A stretch of 64,000 bases of DNA, from positions 3,910 through 67,909 of IMG/VR virus record IMGVR_UViG_3300037307_000058. One strand, 5' to 3'. Below, in pieces: positions 24,301-34,607 of this stretch (position 1 is its first letter; every line of letters starts with the position of its first letter). A model generated the notes under the pieces. It did not search any database. It saw only the letters and a list, made by a program, of their open reading frames with translations, and was not told the origin of the DNA. The stretch comes from a virus (taxonomy: Duplodnaviria; Caudoviricetes). Made by a program: the position numbers and the translations under genes.

Positions 24301-27300
24301 ATGGCGTTCGATCTGCCGACGCTGGACTCGTACATGCCGGGGCTGCTCCGTGGAGCGCCTCTGCGGCGCGCTCCTGCGCCGGTCGTCGAGGAGGACAATC
24401 CGTACGAACGTCTCACACCTTCGCAGAAGGCGATGGTGGATGCGCAGATCGCACTGCAGGACAGCCCCCGGTCCGCGTTGGGCGAGGTCGCGATGGGGGT
24501 CAAGCGTGGCGCGATGGTCGAGCTGCCGCGCATGGTGGGGCAGGCGCTCAAGGCTACGGGGCGTGAAGGCGACGCGCTGTACGGGATGGGGCGCGGGCTG
24601 GTGGAAGGAGCAGAAGCGCGCGAGCCGGGGTACGCGCGCGATCTCACGCCCGACCGCTTCGGGTCAGTGACGCAGGCGTTTGTCGAGGGCGGTGAGATGA
24701 TCGCGCCGAACCTCGCTCCGCTCGCGGCGCTTCCCGTGCTTGGTGCAGCGGGGCTTGCAGCCACTCCCGCCATGTTCGCAGCAGGCGCGGCAGGTGGCGC
24801 GCTGTTTGGCGCGTCGCAATTTCAGGACACCTATGAGAAGGCGAAGCAAGCTGGAAAGACAGATGCTGAGGCTTTCTCCACAGGTCTACAGACCGGCGCT
24901 ATCGAAGCGATTGGAGAGACTGCTGGGGGCGCAGCTCTCGGAAAGTTTGTCGCTGGTGGTAGCCGTCTACTTCCACGTCTCTTTGGCAGGAAGTACTCGC
25001 CGCAAGAAGCGCTCTCGTTCGTCCGCGACCCGAAGCTCATGTCGCAGTTCGCCAAGGACTTCACCAAAACCGCAGCGGTTGAGTCCGGTACGGAGATGGG
25101 TCAGGCGGCTGGTCAGGCTGCGGTAGAGGCCAACGCGGGCCTCGACAACGCGGACCCGTGGAAGGCTGCGACGCAGGCGCTTGGCCCGACGTTGGCGATG
25201 ACGGTGATGCTCGGCCCGCTTGGCGCGCTCGGAACGCGCAGAACGCAGCGCGCGAATCAGACGGCGCTCAAGGCCATCGAAGACCCGATGGCGACGGCCA
25301 AGGACACGAACGCGGCTGCGGAGCAGCTTCGTCCGTTCGTCGAGCCGATGATGGGGCGCGACGAGTTCGCTGTGTGGCGCATCGACCGGCTCAACTCTGC
25401 GAAGTGGTTCGACGAGCAGCGCGAAGACCTCCGTCAGCAGCGTGTCACGCAGCGCGCGCAACAAGACGCCATCGACGAGCAGTTTGCGTTCGACGCCGCG
25501 CGTGCGCCTACGGTGTACGAGTCGCCCACTGCGGAACAAGTTGTGGGCAAGCAAGGGTACCCGCAGTATCGTTCGCCCGAAGAAGCGCAGCAGGTGTGGG
25601 ACTCGCTGTCGAAGGCGTACGAGCAGCAGGAGAGCAAACGACAGCAGGCGACGATGTTCCGCGAGCTTGAAAACGTCGCGTCGCAGCTCGGTCTGCCGTC
25701 GTTCGCTGATTTCAGCCGCACGTACGTCAAGGCGCGTGGCACGAAGGCGGGGCAGCTCGATCTCAACAAAGGCAGGCTGTCGCAGGACGGCATGCGCCTC
25801 GCGTACATCCAAGCGGCGAACGAGGCCGTTCGTGCGCAGCAGCCGCAGCCGCAGGCTGGCGTTACCCCAGCGGAAGCCGCGCAGCCGCAGCTCGATCTCG
25901 AAGGTGGCGCAGGGTTTGGGGCGACGCGGTTCGTGCCTCCTGCAGCGCCAACGCCGCAGCCGCGTCAGCGCACCGTCATGGAAGGCGCACTGCTCGACGC
26001 AGGCGTGCCGCAAGCGGTCAACATGGCGCAGCGCGCCAAGCTCGCGCAGCCGGGGCTGGTAGTCGCCGAGAACGAGCAGGCCGCGCAGCGTGAGCAGGAC
26101 ATCGCCAAGCTCGCCCGCGTCGCCGAGACGACGCGCCGGGTCGAAAGAGCGAACCAGCAGGCCGACAACGCGATGTCCACGGTCGGTGGTGTGTGGCCGA
26201 ATGCGAACTCGCCTGTGGCGGTGGAAGACCTGAAGCGCGCTGCGCAGATTGCGGTCGCGAACGCTGGCTTCGAGCTGAAGGGGCAAGCCAAGAAGAAGGT
26301 CGAGCTTGCGCTTGCGGCGACGAGCGACGCGAAGGTGTGGGCGCAGCAGCTCTCCGCGTTGCGCAAGGCGCGTGACGCCATGAAGGAAAATTCCGTGAGC
26401 CGCGACGCGATGTCGGCGTTGATCGCTCACCTCGAAACGCGTGCTCCGACCATCCCGGTCGAAACGCAACCACGGAAGGAGGTGACCAGTGACGAAGCCG
26501 ATCCGCTTGCCGAGCGGCGCGGGGATGCCCAAGCCGAACCCGTTCAAGAAAATGCCGCCGAGCAAGGGCGGCAAGAAGGGCTGCTGACGCAGCCTGCACC
26601 GAGTGCTGCCCCGGTGGCGGTGGAGGTGGGTTCTCCTCCCCTTACCGCCCCACCGCCGCCGGTGGCCGCACCTACGCAAGCACCGGAAGCTCCCGCAAAG
26701 AAGCAGCCGCCGAAGCCGCCGAAGCCGCCGAAGCCGCCAGTGGCCCCGCCGCAAGTGTCGGTTACCACGACAGGTGAAGAGGTCGGTGCTCCTGTGGCGT
26801 GGGGGGACTTCAGCCGAACGACCGAACCGGGCGACGTTTCGTACGACCGCCCGTGGCCCGTACCGCTGCCCGCGAAGGAACCGCAGCGCGCGCAAGACGC
26901 GCGTCGAAAAACCAAGTCGATTGATATCCTAGAGTCAGAGCGTCGGCAGGGCGTGCCTGAGCAGTATATGTTCGCATTCGAGTTCTACGACTACGATCCG
27001 TCGCAGCCGCGCGCGGGTCGCGGCGGTGAAGAGCTTGTGAAGGGCGGCAATCCACGTTGGCGTGGGAGAGACGACACGCCGTCCGTCAACATGATGTGGG
27101 TGCTCGACTACCGCCGCGCGCGCAACCTTGCGGAAGGCCGCAACGAGGCGGGCGTGAAGGTGCGATGGGGTGTGTCCGAGAAGGTCGAAGCCGCGCAGAT
27201 GCGCGCGCACGCCAAGGCTGCGCTGGAGTGGATGAAGGGGTACTACGGCGCGGACGTCATCAAGATCGCTGACGAGCGCGTGGAAGCGCTCGACAAAATC

Positions 27301-30300
27301 TACGACGTGAACGAGCGCGCGCGTGAGTTCGCTAGGGAAGCGAAGAAGTCGATCCGTAGCGCGTACGAGTACGCCCTTCGCGTGAAGCGCGCGCAGGCGA
27401 AGGGGGTCTCCCCCGACCGCGTGAAGCTGACTGCCGCCGACGAGGCCGAACTCGACCGGCTCGCGGAAGAGAACCCCGGCTTCGAGTACCTGCACGCGGA
27501 GAAGCCTAACTTCCAGTACTCCGACGAGCTTGCTCGCGCCGTTGACACTGGCAAGATGGACCGCGTGCTGTCGCTCATCGAGACGAACGGGCCGACCGAG
27601 TGGGCGCGCTACATGGCTGGCGTGTTGCGCAGGCTCGGACTGAAGACGACGATCCGCCGGATGAATCAAGTCGCGCGCAGCGCTAAGGATGGCTCGCGCG
27701 TCTACGGGCGCTACCACCACGCGACCGATTCGGTAAGCGTGTACCTCGGCGGTGAGAACGTCCACACTGTGTTGCACGAGACGACGCACGCAGCGACGGT
27801 AGGGCGCATTGCGTTTGCGATAGAAGCGGCCAAGCTGCCTCCTGCTGCGCGCACTGCCGAGCAGCGCGCCGCTGTGGCGTCGCTCGCCGAACTCCGACTC
27901 ATCATGAACGAGGCGCGCAAGCATGACAAGCGTAAACAGTACGCGTTCAAGAACGAGGCCGAGTTCGTTGCTGAACTGTTCTCGAATGACAGGTTCCAGC
28001 GGTGGCTGCACAATGTGGAAGCGAATAATCGTCCGATGTGGAAGCGCGTACTCGATTGGATGCGCGACCTGCTCGGAATGCGCCGCCCCGACAGCGTTAC
28101 CGCACTCGACAAGGCGATGGCCGCAGGGGTGAACTTCCTTGCGCCGTCGCGGTTTGCGTCGGCGTCTGCGCTCACGTTCGAGCACTCCCCCGGTGCTGCG
28201 ATGGGTGTCGTAGATGAAGTCGGCACGGCGTTGTCGGACGCGTGGAACAAAGTGGCGATCAGCAACCCGCGCGTAGGTAACCTGCCTTCGCGCATGCGGC
28301 AGACTATCCTCTCGCTGAAGTCCACATTCCATCTCGGCGAGATGGCGAAGCGTGACAGCTCTCTCGGTCCGATGGCGATGGGAGTCAAGCAGTACGTTAG
28401 CGCTGACGAAACCAAGCAAGTGCTTCGGCAGAACATCATTGGCGAGCTGACGGCAGCGCTGAAGCCGCTGCGTCTCGCGATGGCGCAGCTCGATGCGCAG
28501 AAGCAAGAGCAGACGAACACGCTGCTCGGCACGCTGGCGGGCGAACAAAGCATCTTGGGGATCGACCTCAACAAGAACTTCGACGAGAATCTGAAGGCCG
28601 ACCCGAAGCTCGACCCCTCGCTTCGTCAGTACGTCAACGAGCTGCACTCGAAGTGGCGGCAGCTTCCGCCGACGATGCGGCGCGCTGTCGAAGACACGAT
28701 CAAGCTCAACCGCAAGAACTTCATGCGCATCACGGCGCTTGTGCTTGGCGCGCGGCTGCGCAGCTACACGAGCACGGACCCGCGCACTTCGGCGTTCGCG
28801 AAGCGCCTCGACATCGAGTCGAAGTCGCTGCACGCCCCCGGCGTGACGACGAAGCCCGAGTATTACAGTGACGCGTACAGCGAGCGGCTTGACGCGCTGC
28901 TGCGCGCGACGTTTAACGACCTCAACGCGACGTACCCCGAAGACACGCCGCTGCGTTCTGAAATCCAAGAGATCGAGCGGTTGTACGTCCTGTCCGTTGG
29001 CAATCCGTACGTTCACCTCGGGCGTTCGGGCGACTACTTCGTCGATCTGGATGTCGCGGGCGGTTCCGGCGAGTGGAGCCAAGTGCAGCAGCTTCTGGCG
29101 CAGAACGGCAAGGCCGTTGGCGCACCCACCGACGAACGGCACATCTTCTTGCGTTTCGAGACTCCCGCGCAGCGCGATAAGGTGATGAAAGCGATCAGCG
29201 ACGCGAAGCTCGCGTCGTCGATGCGCGGCGGCAGCATCTTCGATCCGACAGCGCAGGGCGTTGTCGGCCTCAACCGTGTCGTCCACAGTATGATGAAGAA
29301 GGTGGACGAAGAGTACCCCGGTCCGGAGCGCGCCGAAGTGCGCGCGTTCCTGAAGCGCATGATGCTCGACTTCCAAGGCGACTCGTCGCCGCGCAAGGCG
29401 ATGATGCCCCGCAAGAATGGAGGTGTGCCGGGGTACGATGCTGACTTTGTGCGCAACGCGTCGAAGCGTGGTGAAGGCGCGGCGATGATGATCGCGAACG
29501 CGCACACCATGCCGATGTACGACGCTGCGTTCGACTCGATGAAAGTCGAGATTGACGCGCTGCGTTCATCCGACGCCGTGGCGGCTACTTCCGCCAACGA
29601 CGTGCTGTCGGAGATCATGCAGCGGTTCTCGAACAGCCTCAACCCGGTCGATTCGCCGCTGATCGACCGCGCGAAGGCGTTTGGGTACAACTGGTTCTTG
29701 GCGCTCAGCCCTGCGTTCATGCTGACCAATCTCATGCAGCCGTACCACCTCACGCTGCCTGTGCTCGGTGGTCGGTATGGCTTCGTGAAGTCGTTCGGCG
29801 AGATGAAGAGCGCGGCTGGCAAGGGGCTTCGGCTCATGCAGACCGCGATCAAAGGCGGTTGGGCGCAGGGCATGCACGAAGGCGGCGCGCGTGGCGCGCT
29901 GATGGGCGTTCTCGACCTCACGCTGCACCTCGACGCGTCTGAGCTTAGCGCTGGCGAGAAGGACATGATTCGCGCGCTGCAGGCGTCGGGGCAGCTCGAC
30001 ACGACGCAGAGCCATGAACTCGGTAAGCTCGCGTCGGGCGAGTCGCAGACGTGGGCGACCGCGATGAAGGTGCTCAGCACGGGGAGCCACTACACCGAAG
30101 TGCTCAATCGTCTGACGGCGGCGCTTTCGGCGTACAACCTTGAGTTCAGCAAGAGCGGCAATCAGCTCAACGCCGAGCGCCGCGCGTTGGAGACTGTTCG
30201 TGCCACGCAGTACGACTATTCAGATCACAACACCGCCCGCGCGCTCGGTCGGCATGGTGCGCTCGGCAAGGTAACGCCGCTGATCGCTTCGTTCCAGCAG

Positions 30301-31251
30301 TACGCGTTTCAGACGATGGAGCTGTTGTACCGCATGGCGTTCGACTCCATCAAGGGGAGCGCCGAAGAAAAGAAGATCGCGCGCATGCAGCTCGCAGGCG
30401 TGATGAGCACGACGACGCTCATCGCTGGCACGCTAGGACTTCCGTTCGCCAACGTTGCCGCAGCGGTCGCGGACGCGCTCATCGCGCTCATCGGCGACGA
30501 CGACGAACCGTTCGACATCAAGGTTGCGTACCGGCAGTGGCTCGCTGATGTGCTCGGCAATGACGCGGCAGAGATCATCGCGCGTGGTGTTCCGCGCGGT
30601 GTGTTTGGTTTCGACATGAGCGCGCGCGCCGGTATGCAGGACATCCTGCCGGGTACGCGGTTCTTCGCCGACAAACGCGCGGTCAAGGAGAGTTTGGCTG
30701 ATGGTGCGCTGAGCATGCTCGGACCGGCGGTTAGTGCGGGGTCTGACCTCTACGTAGGCATTGACAAGATGGGTGATGGGCAGCTCATGGATGGGCTGCT
30801 CCACATGCTGCCGCTCGCGCTGCGCGGCCCGCTCAAGTCGTACCAGATGGGCGACGTGGGGTACACGACGCAGACCGGAAACAAGCTCCCGATGGAAGTC
30901 ACACCGTGGGCGCAGTTTGTTCAAGCAGTAGGGTTTACTCCCGGCGTTAAGGCTGAACAATCGGAAGTCAACTTCGCTTTCCGCCAGCTCGACACGCAGC
31001 TCAAGAAGCGCAAGGCTGTCTTGTCGAACAGGCTGTACCGTGAGGTGGAGGAGGGGAACGACACGACAGCGGTGCTCAAGGAGATCGCTGCGTTCAACGC
31101 ACAGAACCCGCAGTACGCCATCAACTCGGCGGCGGGTTTGAAAGCGCGTGCGAAGGCACGTGCAGTGGCAGACACCACAGGGGCGGGCATCGCGACGCTC
31201 CCGCGTTATCTGCCGCTACTCGACAAATACTCGTACGCGAACACGAAATAA
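24301..31251 (+). CDS. Giant internal virion / DNA-ejection protein (2316 aa) with central HExxH zincin-like domain
   Basis: N-terminal Gly/Ala hydrophobic helices; VLHETTHAAT...EFVAELFSN; helical C-terminal region; no Cys seen. Confidence 0.75.
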   Translation: MAFDLPTLDSYMPGLLRGAPLRRAPAPVVEEDNPYERLTPSQKAMVDAQIALQDSPRSALGEVAMGVKRGAMVELPRMVGQALKATGREGDALYGMGRGLVEGAEAREPGYARDLTPDRFGSVTQAFVEGGEMIAPNLAPLAALPVLGAAGLAATPAMFAAGAAGGALFGASQFQDTYEKAKQAGKTDAEAFSTGLQTGAIEAIGETAGGAALGKFVAGGSRLLPRLFGRKYSPQEALSFVRDPKLMSQFAKDFTKTAAVESGTEMGQAAGQAAVEANAGLDNADPWKAATQALGPTLAMTVMLGPLGALGTRRTQRANQTALKAIEDPMATAKDTNAAAEQLRPFVEPMMGRDEFAVWRIDRLNSAKWFDEQREDLRQQRVTQRAQQDAIDEQFAFDAARAPTVYESPTAEQVVGKQGYPQYRSPEEAQQVWDSLSKAYEQQESKRQQATMFRELENVASQLGLPSFADFSRTYVKARGTKAGQLDLNKGRLSQDGMRLAYIQAANEAVRAQQPQPQAGVTPAEAAQPQLDLEGGAGFGATRFVPPAAPTPQPRQRTVMEGALLDAGVPQAVNMAQRAKLAQPGLVVAENEQAAQREQDIAKLARVAETTRRVERANQQADNAMSTVGGVWPNANSPVAVEDLKRAAQIAVANAGFELKGQAKKKVELALAATSDAKVWAQQLSALRKARDAMKENSVSRDAMSALIAHLETRAPTIPVETQPRKEVTSDEADPLAERRGDAQAEPVQENAAEQGRQEGLLTQPAPSAAPVAVEVGSPPLTAPPPPVAAPTQAPEAPAKKQPPKPPKPPKPPVAPPQVSVTTTGEEVGAPVAWGDFSRTTEPGDVSYDRPWPVPLPAKEPQRAQDARRKTKSIDILESERRQGVPEQYMFAFEFYDYDPSQPRAGRGGEELVKGGNPRWRGRDDTPSVNMMWVLDYRRARNLAEGRNEAGVKVRWGVSEKVEAAQMRAHAKAALEWMKGYYGADVIKIADERVEALDKIYDVNERAREFAREAKKSIRSAYEYALRVKRAQAKGVSPDRVKLTAADEAELDRLAEENPGFEYLHAEKPNFQYSDELARAVDTGKMDRVLSLIETNGPTEWARYMAGVLRRLGLKTTIRRMNQVARSAKDGSRVYGRYHHATDSVSVYLGGENVHTVLHETTHAATVGRIAFAIEAAKLPPAARTAEQRAAVASLAELRLIMNEARKHDKRKQYAFKNEAEFVAELFSNDRFQRWLHNVEANNRPMWKRVLDWMRDLLGMRRPDSVTALDKAMAAGVNFLAPSRFASASALTFEHSPGAAMGVVDEVGTALSDAWNKVAISNPRVGNLPSRMRQTILSLKSTFHLGEMAKRDSSLGPMAMGVKQYVSADETKQVLRQNIIGELTAALKPLRLAMAQLDAQKQEQTNTLLGTLAGEQSILGIDLNKNFDENLKADPKLDPSLRQYVNELHSKWRQLPPTMRRAVEDTIKLNRKNFMRITALVLGARLRSYTSTDPRTSAFAKRLDIESKSLHAPGVTTKPEYYSDAYSERLDALLRATFNDLNATYPEDTPLRSEIQEIERLYVLSVGNPYVHLGRSGDYFVDLDVAGGSGEWSQVQQLLAQNGKAVGAPTDERHIFLRFETPAQRDKVMKAISDAKLASSMRGGSIFDPTAQGVVGLNRVVHSMMKKVDEEYPGPERAEVRAFLKRMMLDFQGDSSPRKAMMPRKNGGVPGYDADFVRNASKRGEGAAMMIANAHTMPMYDAAFDSMKVEIDALRSSDAVAATSANDVLSEIMQRFSNSLNPVDSPLIDRAKAFGYNWFLALSPAFMLTNLMQPYHLTLPVLGGRYGFVKSFGEMKSAAGKGLRLMQTAIKGGWAQGMHEGGARGALMGVLDLTLHLDASELSAGEKDMIRALQASGQLDTTQSHELGKLASGESQTWATAMKVLSTGSHYTEVLNRLTAALSAYNLEFSKSGNQLNAERRALETVRATQYDYSDHNTARALGRHGALGKVTPLIASFQQYAFQTMELLYRMAFDSIKGSAEEKKIARMQLAGVMSTTTLIAGTLGLPFANVAAAVADALIALIGDDDEPFDIKVAYRQWLADVLGNDAAEIIARGVPRGVFGFDMSARAGMQDILPGTRFFADKRAVKESLADGALSMLGPAVSAGSDLYVGIDKMGDGQLMDGLLHMLPLALRGPLKSYQMGDVGYTTQTGNKLPMEVTPWAQFVQAVGFTPGVKAEQSEVNFAFRQLDTQLKKRKAVLSNRLYREVEEGNDTTAVLKEIAAFNAQNPQYAINSAAGLKARAKARAVADTTGAGIATLPRYLPLLDKYSYANTK

Positions 31252-31586
31252 TGGAACAACACGCTCTTGAGCTTCTGAAGCTCGCGCTGTGGCTCATTGG
31301 TGGCCTCGGGGCCATCATCGCGGTTTTGCTTGGCGGCATAGCGGCCATCGCGCGTTGGGGTGGGGTCAAGTTATTCGAGCGGCTGGACGCGCACGAGTCT
31401 AAGCTCGGCGAGTTCCAGAAGCTCGTATCGAACAGCACCAACGACCTGAAAGGGCTGCTTACTGACGAGGTTCGCTTGCTGCGGGAGTCGATGAGCCAGA
31501 TCAGCGAGCGCGTCGGCAAGCTCGAAGTCTTCAGGGACTACATGAACCACCACGTGCAGTACGGTCGTAGGCACGACGACGAATGA
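31251..31586 (+). CDS. Holin/antiholin-like membrane protein with coiled-coil tail
   Basis: N-terminal TM (LALWLIGGLGAIIAVLLGGIAAIA); directly before the endolysin. Confidence 0.5.
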   Translation: MEQHALELLKLALWLIGGLGAIIAVLLGGIAAIARWGGVKLFERLDAHESKLGEFQKLVSNSTNDLKGLLTDEVRLLRESMSQISERVGKLEVFRDYMNHHVQYGRRHDDE

Positions 31587-32848
31587 TCCAGCTTAACTAC
31601 GCATCGCTGCTGCAATCGCAGAACCTGCGGGCGCTCCTTCGCGCTATCCGCAGTGGAGAGTCGTCGCAGGATGACGATCTTGCGTATCGCATGCGGTATG
31701 GCGGTGCAGGTCAGAAGCCGGAGTTCTTCAGCACGTTCGATACGCACCCGCGTGTTATGGAGCGTACGCCGACAGGAGAGATGTCGAGTGCTGCTGGCGC
31801 GTACCAGATCACGTGGACCACATGGTCTACGGTGTGCATGGCGAAGTACGGGCTTGGCCCGTCGTTCACTCCATACGAGCAGGATTGCGCAGCCGTCGCG
31901 CTCATCCACCATCGCGGGGCGCTCGACCTCATCATCGAAGGCAGGTTCGAGGAAGCGGTACAGCTCTGCTCGCTTGAATGGGCGTCGCTGCCCGGTTCGC
32001 CGCTTGAGGATGGCGGCTCGAAGATGTCGTGGGCGCGCGTGTACGCCGTCTATCGCGAGTACGGCGGCTACGCCACGAGTTCGCCGACGCAACCCCCCGC
32101 GCCCATCGAGGAGCGCGATGTCAACCAAGAGGAGACCCCGATGGGACCGCTCGCTTTCCTGATTCCGCTTCTCACTTCGCTCGCCGAAGTCTTTTCCCCG
32201 CTTCTGCGCGGCAAGCTGACGCAGATGCTCGACAAGCAGGTGAAAGACCCTGTGATGTCGCAGCAGATGGCGCAGCAGCTCATGGACATCGTGCGCAACG
32301 TCGCTGCACAAGGTGGGCTTACCCCGCAGCCTGTTGTGCCGAACCCATCGCTTGTCGTTCCTCCGCAGCAGGTTCAGGCACAGGTGATGGACCCCGTGGT
32401 CGCCGTCGCGGCGGTGAAGAGCAACCCCGTGCTCGCAGCGCAGGTCGAGGAGCAGTTCACCGACTACTTCGACAAGATGGCCCCGGTGTTCGACCGCATG
32501 GACAAGCTCGAACAGGCGTCGTGGCAAGCGAGCGAAGACTCTCGCGACCGTGCGGCGGCGCGCGCGAAGCTCGATCCTGTGGACATCGGCCCGACGCTCG
32601 CTACGAAGATGTTCTGGCTGTTCGTCGGACTTGCCGGTCTTGTCACCGCGCTCATCGGCGTACAGATGTGGTTCGCTGAAGATCACCGCGCGAGCGGCGA
32701 GCTGGTCGGTCTGTTCATCGCGCTCGTGACGCTCGCAGGCAACAAGCTCTCGACCATCGTCGATTACCGCTTTGGCTCGTCGCGCTCGTCCGCAACCAAG
32801 GACGCGATGATGGAAGAACTCGCGCTGCGCCGGGGGTCTGCGAAATGA
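31583..32848 (+). CDS. Endolysin (lambda R-type transglycosylase) fused to a C-terminal membrane (holin-like) domain
   Basis: AIRSGE (catalytic Glu), SSAAGAYQI, CSLEWASLPGS; C-terminal two TMs plus DYRFGSSRSSATKD; internal AGGAG+ATG at 32141. Confidence 0.88.
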   Translation: MIQLNYASLLQSQNLRALLRAIRSGESSQDDDLAYRMRYGGAGQKPEFFSTFDTHPRVMERTPTGEMSSAAGAYQITWTTWSTVCMAKYGLGPSFTPYEQDCAAVALIHHRGALDLIIEGRFEEAVQLCSLEWASLPGSPLEDGGSKMSWARVYAVYREYGGYATSSPTQPPAPIEERDVNQEETPMGPLAFLIPLLTSLAEVFSPLLRGKLTQMLDKQVKDPVMSQQMAQQLMDIVRNVAAQGGLTPQPVVPNPSLVVPPQQVQAQVMDPVVAVAAVKSNPVLAAQVEEQFTDYFDKMAPVFDRMDKLEQASWQASEDSRDRAAARAKLDPVDIGPTLATKMFWLFVGLAGLVTALIGVQMWFAEDHRASGELVGLFIALVTLAGNKLSTIVDYRFGSSRSSATKDAMMEELALRRGSAK

Positions 32849-33450
32849 CCAAGAAGCTGAACCTCGTCATCCGGCAGGGTGAGACGTTCACGCGTGTCAT
32901 CCGGTGGGAGACGCCGCCGTATGTGTACAAGGCGATCACTGCGATCACCCAAGCGGCTCCTGTCCAGATTACGGCGGTAGGGCACGGCCTGAAGTCGGGG
33001 TGGCGCGCGGCGGTTGTCAGCGTGCGCGGGATGAAAGAGATCAACGCGGAGCACTCGCCTCCGCGTGACTCCGAGTTCCACCAAGTGACCGTGGTCGATG
33101 TGGACAACGTGACGCTGAACGATGTCAACAGCTCCGACTTCTCCGCGTACACCTCTGGTGGGTATTTGCAGTACTACACCCCGGTGAACCTCACCGGCTA
33201 CACCGCGCGGATGACGATCAAGGATCGTGTAGGTGGAACGGCGTTGCTGACGCTCACGAGCGGTCTGCCCGACAACCGCATCGTCGTCGATACCGCCAAC
33301 AACACGGTCACGCTGTCCATTCTTCCGGCTGACACCGCTGCGCTCGGCTTCATCAAGGGCGTGTACGACCTCGAAATGGTGTCGGGGGCAGGGGCAGTGA
33401 CTACGATCTTCAGCGGCAGCATTACGGTGGCTAAGGAGGTCACGACCTAA
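32845..33450 (+). CDS. Tail-associated structural protein (201 aa)
   Basis: L.IRQGETF...; ITAITQAAPVQITAVGHGL; NLTGYTARMTIK; YDLEMVS. Confidence 0.7.
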   Translation: MTKKLNLVIRQGETFTRVIRWETPPYVYKAITAITQAAPVQITAVGHGLKSGWRAAVVSVRGMKEINAEHSPPRDSEFHQVTVVDVDNVTLNDVNSSDFSAYTSGGYLQYYTPVNLTGYTARMTIKDRVGGTALLTLTSGLPDNRIVVDTANNTVTLSILPADTAALGFIKGVYDLEMVSGAGAVTTIFSGSITVAKEVTT

Positions 33451-33878
33451 TGGCGCAGGCGCTGTGCACGAGTTTTTTGCGCGAACTCTTCGAGGTTACG
33501 CACAATTTTCTCGCCAGCGGCGGACACACGTTCAAGCTCGCGCTGTACACGTCCAGCGCGACGCTCAACGAGGCCACTACCGCGTACAGCGCCACCAACG
33601 AGGTTTCGAGCGCCAATTACACCGCAGGCGGTTTCACACTGACCAACGTCAACCCGAGCGTGTCGGGCACGACGGTAATGGTGACTTTCAGCGTGAACCC
33701 GAGCTGGAACAATGTCACCTTCACGACTTCACAAGGACTCATCTATAATTCATCGGCGAGCAATAAGGCGGTTGGAGTGCTCGACTTTGGAGGAAGCATA
33801 GCTGTTAGTGGCGGCAACTTCGCGGTGTCGTTGCCGCCCGTAACACCGACCACCGCGCTTATCAGGCTGTTGGGTTAA
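33450..33878 (+). CDS. Tail/fibre-associated structural protein, paralogue A1
   Basis: LCTSF..EL...H.F......FKLALY...TTAY.ATNEVSS.NYTAGG shared with 34147..34596. Confidence 0.8.
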   Translation: MAQALCTSFLRELFEVTHNFLASGGHTFKLALYTSSATLNEATTAYSATNEVSSANYTAGGFTLTNVNPSVSGTTVMVTFSVNPSWNNVTFTTSQGLIYNSSASNKAVGVLDFGGSIAVSGGNFAVSLPPVTPTTALIRLLG

Positions 33879-33892
33879 CCAAGGGGAATGGA

Positions 33893-34132
33893 ATGAACTC
33901 AGCATTTGTTTTTCCGCTGCAATCCGAAATCGTGACCACGATTCTCGGCGATGTTCCCGAGTTCGATCTCGACATCAAGCTGGTGCAGAAGGACGAGGGC
34001 GAATCGTGGGTGATGACGCGAACGTGCGTGTACAAAGGGTCCATGTATCCCGCTGCGCAGGGACAGGTCGTGCGGCAGGATGTGTGGGTGACGATGAAAA
34101 CCGGCTTGGCCACGAAGGTAGCCGCCGGGTGA
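33893..34132 (+). CDS. Hypothetical protein (79 aa)
   Basis: ORF track; between paralogues A1 and A2. Confidence 0.65.
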   Translation: MNSAFVFPLQSEIVTTILGDVPEFDLDIKLVQKDEGESWVMTRTCVYKGSMYPAAQGQVVRQDVWVTMKTGLATKVAAG

Positions 34133-34146
34133 TTTAGGAGCCTGAC

Positions 34147-34596
34147 ATGGCCAACTCCGCTGGTCTCTGCACTTCTTTCAAGGTCGAGCTGATGACGGCG
34201 CACCACGCGTTCGGCACCACGGTAACGCGTGGTGGCACGGGTGCCGACACGTTCAAGTTCGCGCTGTATCAGACGACCGCGACCATCGGTCCGTCCACGA
34301 CCGCGTACACGGCGACCGGCGAAGTTTCGTCCGGCAACTACACCGCTGGTGGCGCAGCGGTCACCAACGGCACCGCGCCAACGTCTTCTGGCACGACGGC
34401 GTACTGGACGCCTTCGGCGTCGGTGTCGTGGTCCACGGTGTCCTTCACCACGGACTGCGCGCTGCTGTACAACGACACGCAGGGCGACCGCGCGGTCGGC
34501 TCGTATACGTTCTCGTCGCAGACGGTCTCGTCGGGCAACTTCACGCTGACGATGCCGACGAACGGCCCGACGACCGGCCTGATCCAGATCGCGTAA
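34147..34596 (+). CDS. Tail/fibre-associated structural protein, paralogue A2
   Basis: LCTSFKVELM..H.F...FKFALY...TTAYTATGEVSSGNYTAGG. Confidence 0.8.
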   Translation: MANSAGLCTSFKVELMTAHHAFGTTVTRGGTGADTFKFALYQTTATIGPSTTAYTATGEVSSGNYTAGGAAVTNGTAPTSSGTTAYWTPSASVSWSTVSFTTDCALLYNDTQGDRAVGSYTFSSQTVSSGNFTLTMPTNGPTTGLIQIA

Positions 34597-34607
34597 GGAG
34601 TTAGGTA

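Noticed and set aside
24301-31251. Giant protein as an N4-like virion RNA polymerase reading hairpin promoters
   Set aside because: Attractive given the N4-type capsid, lack of Cys and the palindromes, but I could not find T7-like polymerase motifs (DxxGR, Rx3Kx7YG, HD) and the C-terminus looks like an ejection-protein helical domain; an HMM or structure search would settle it
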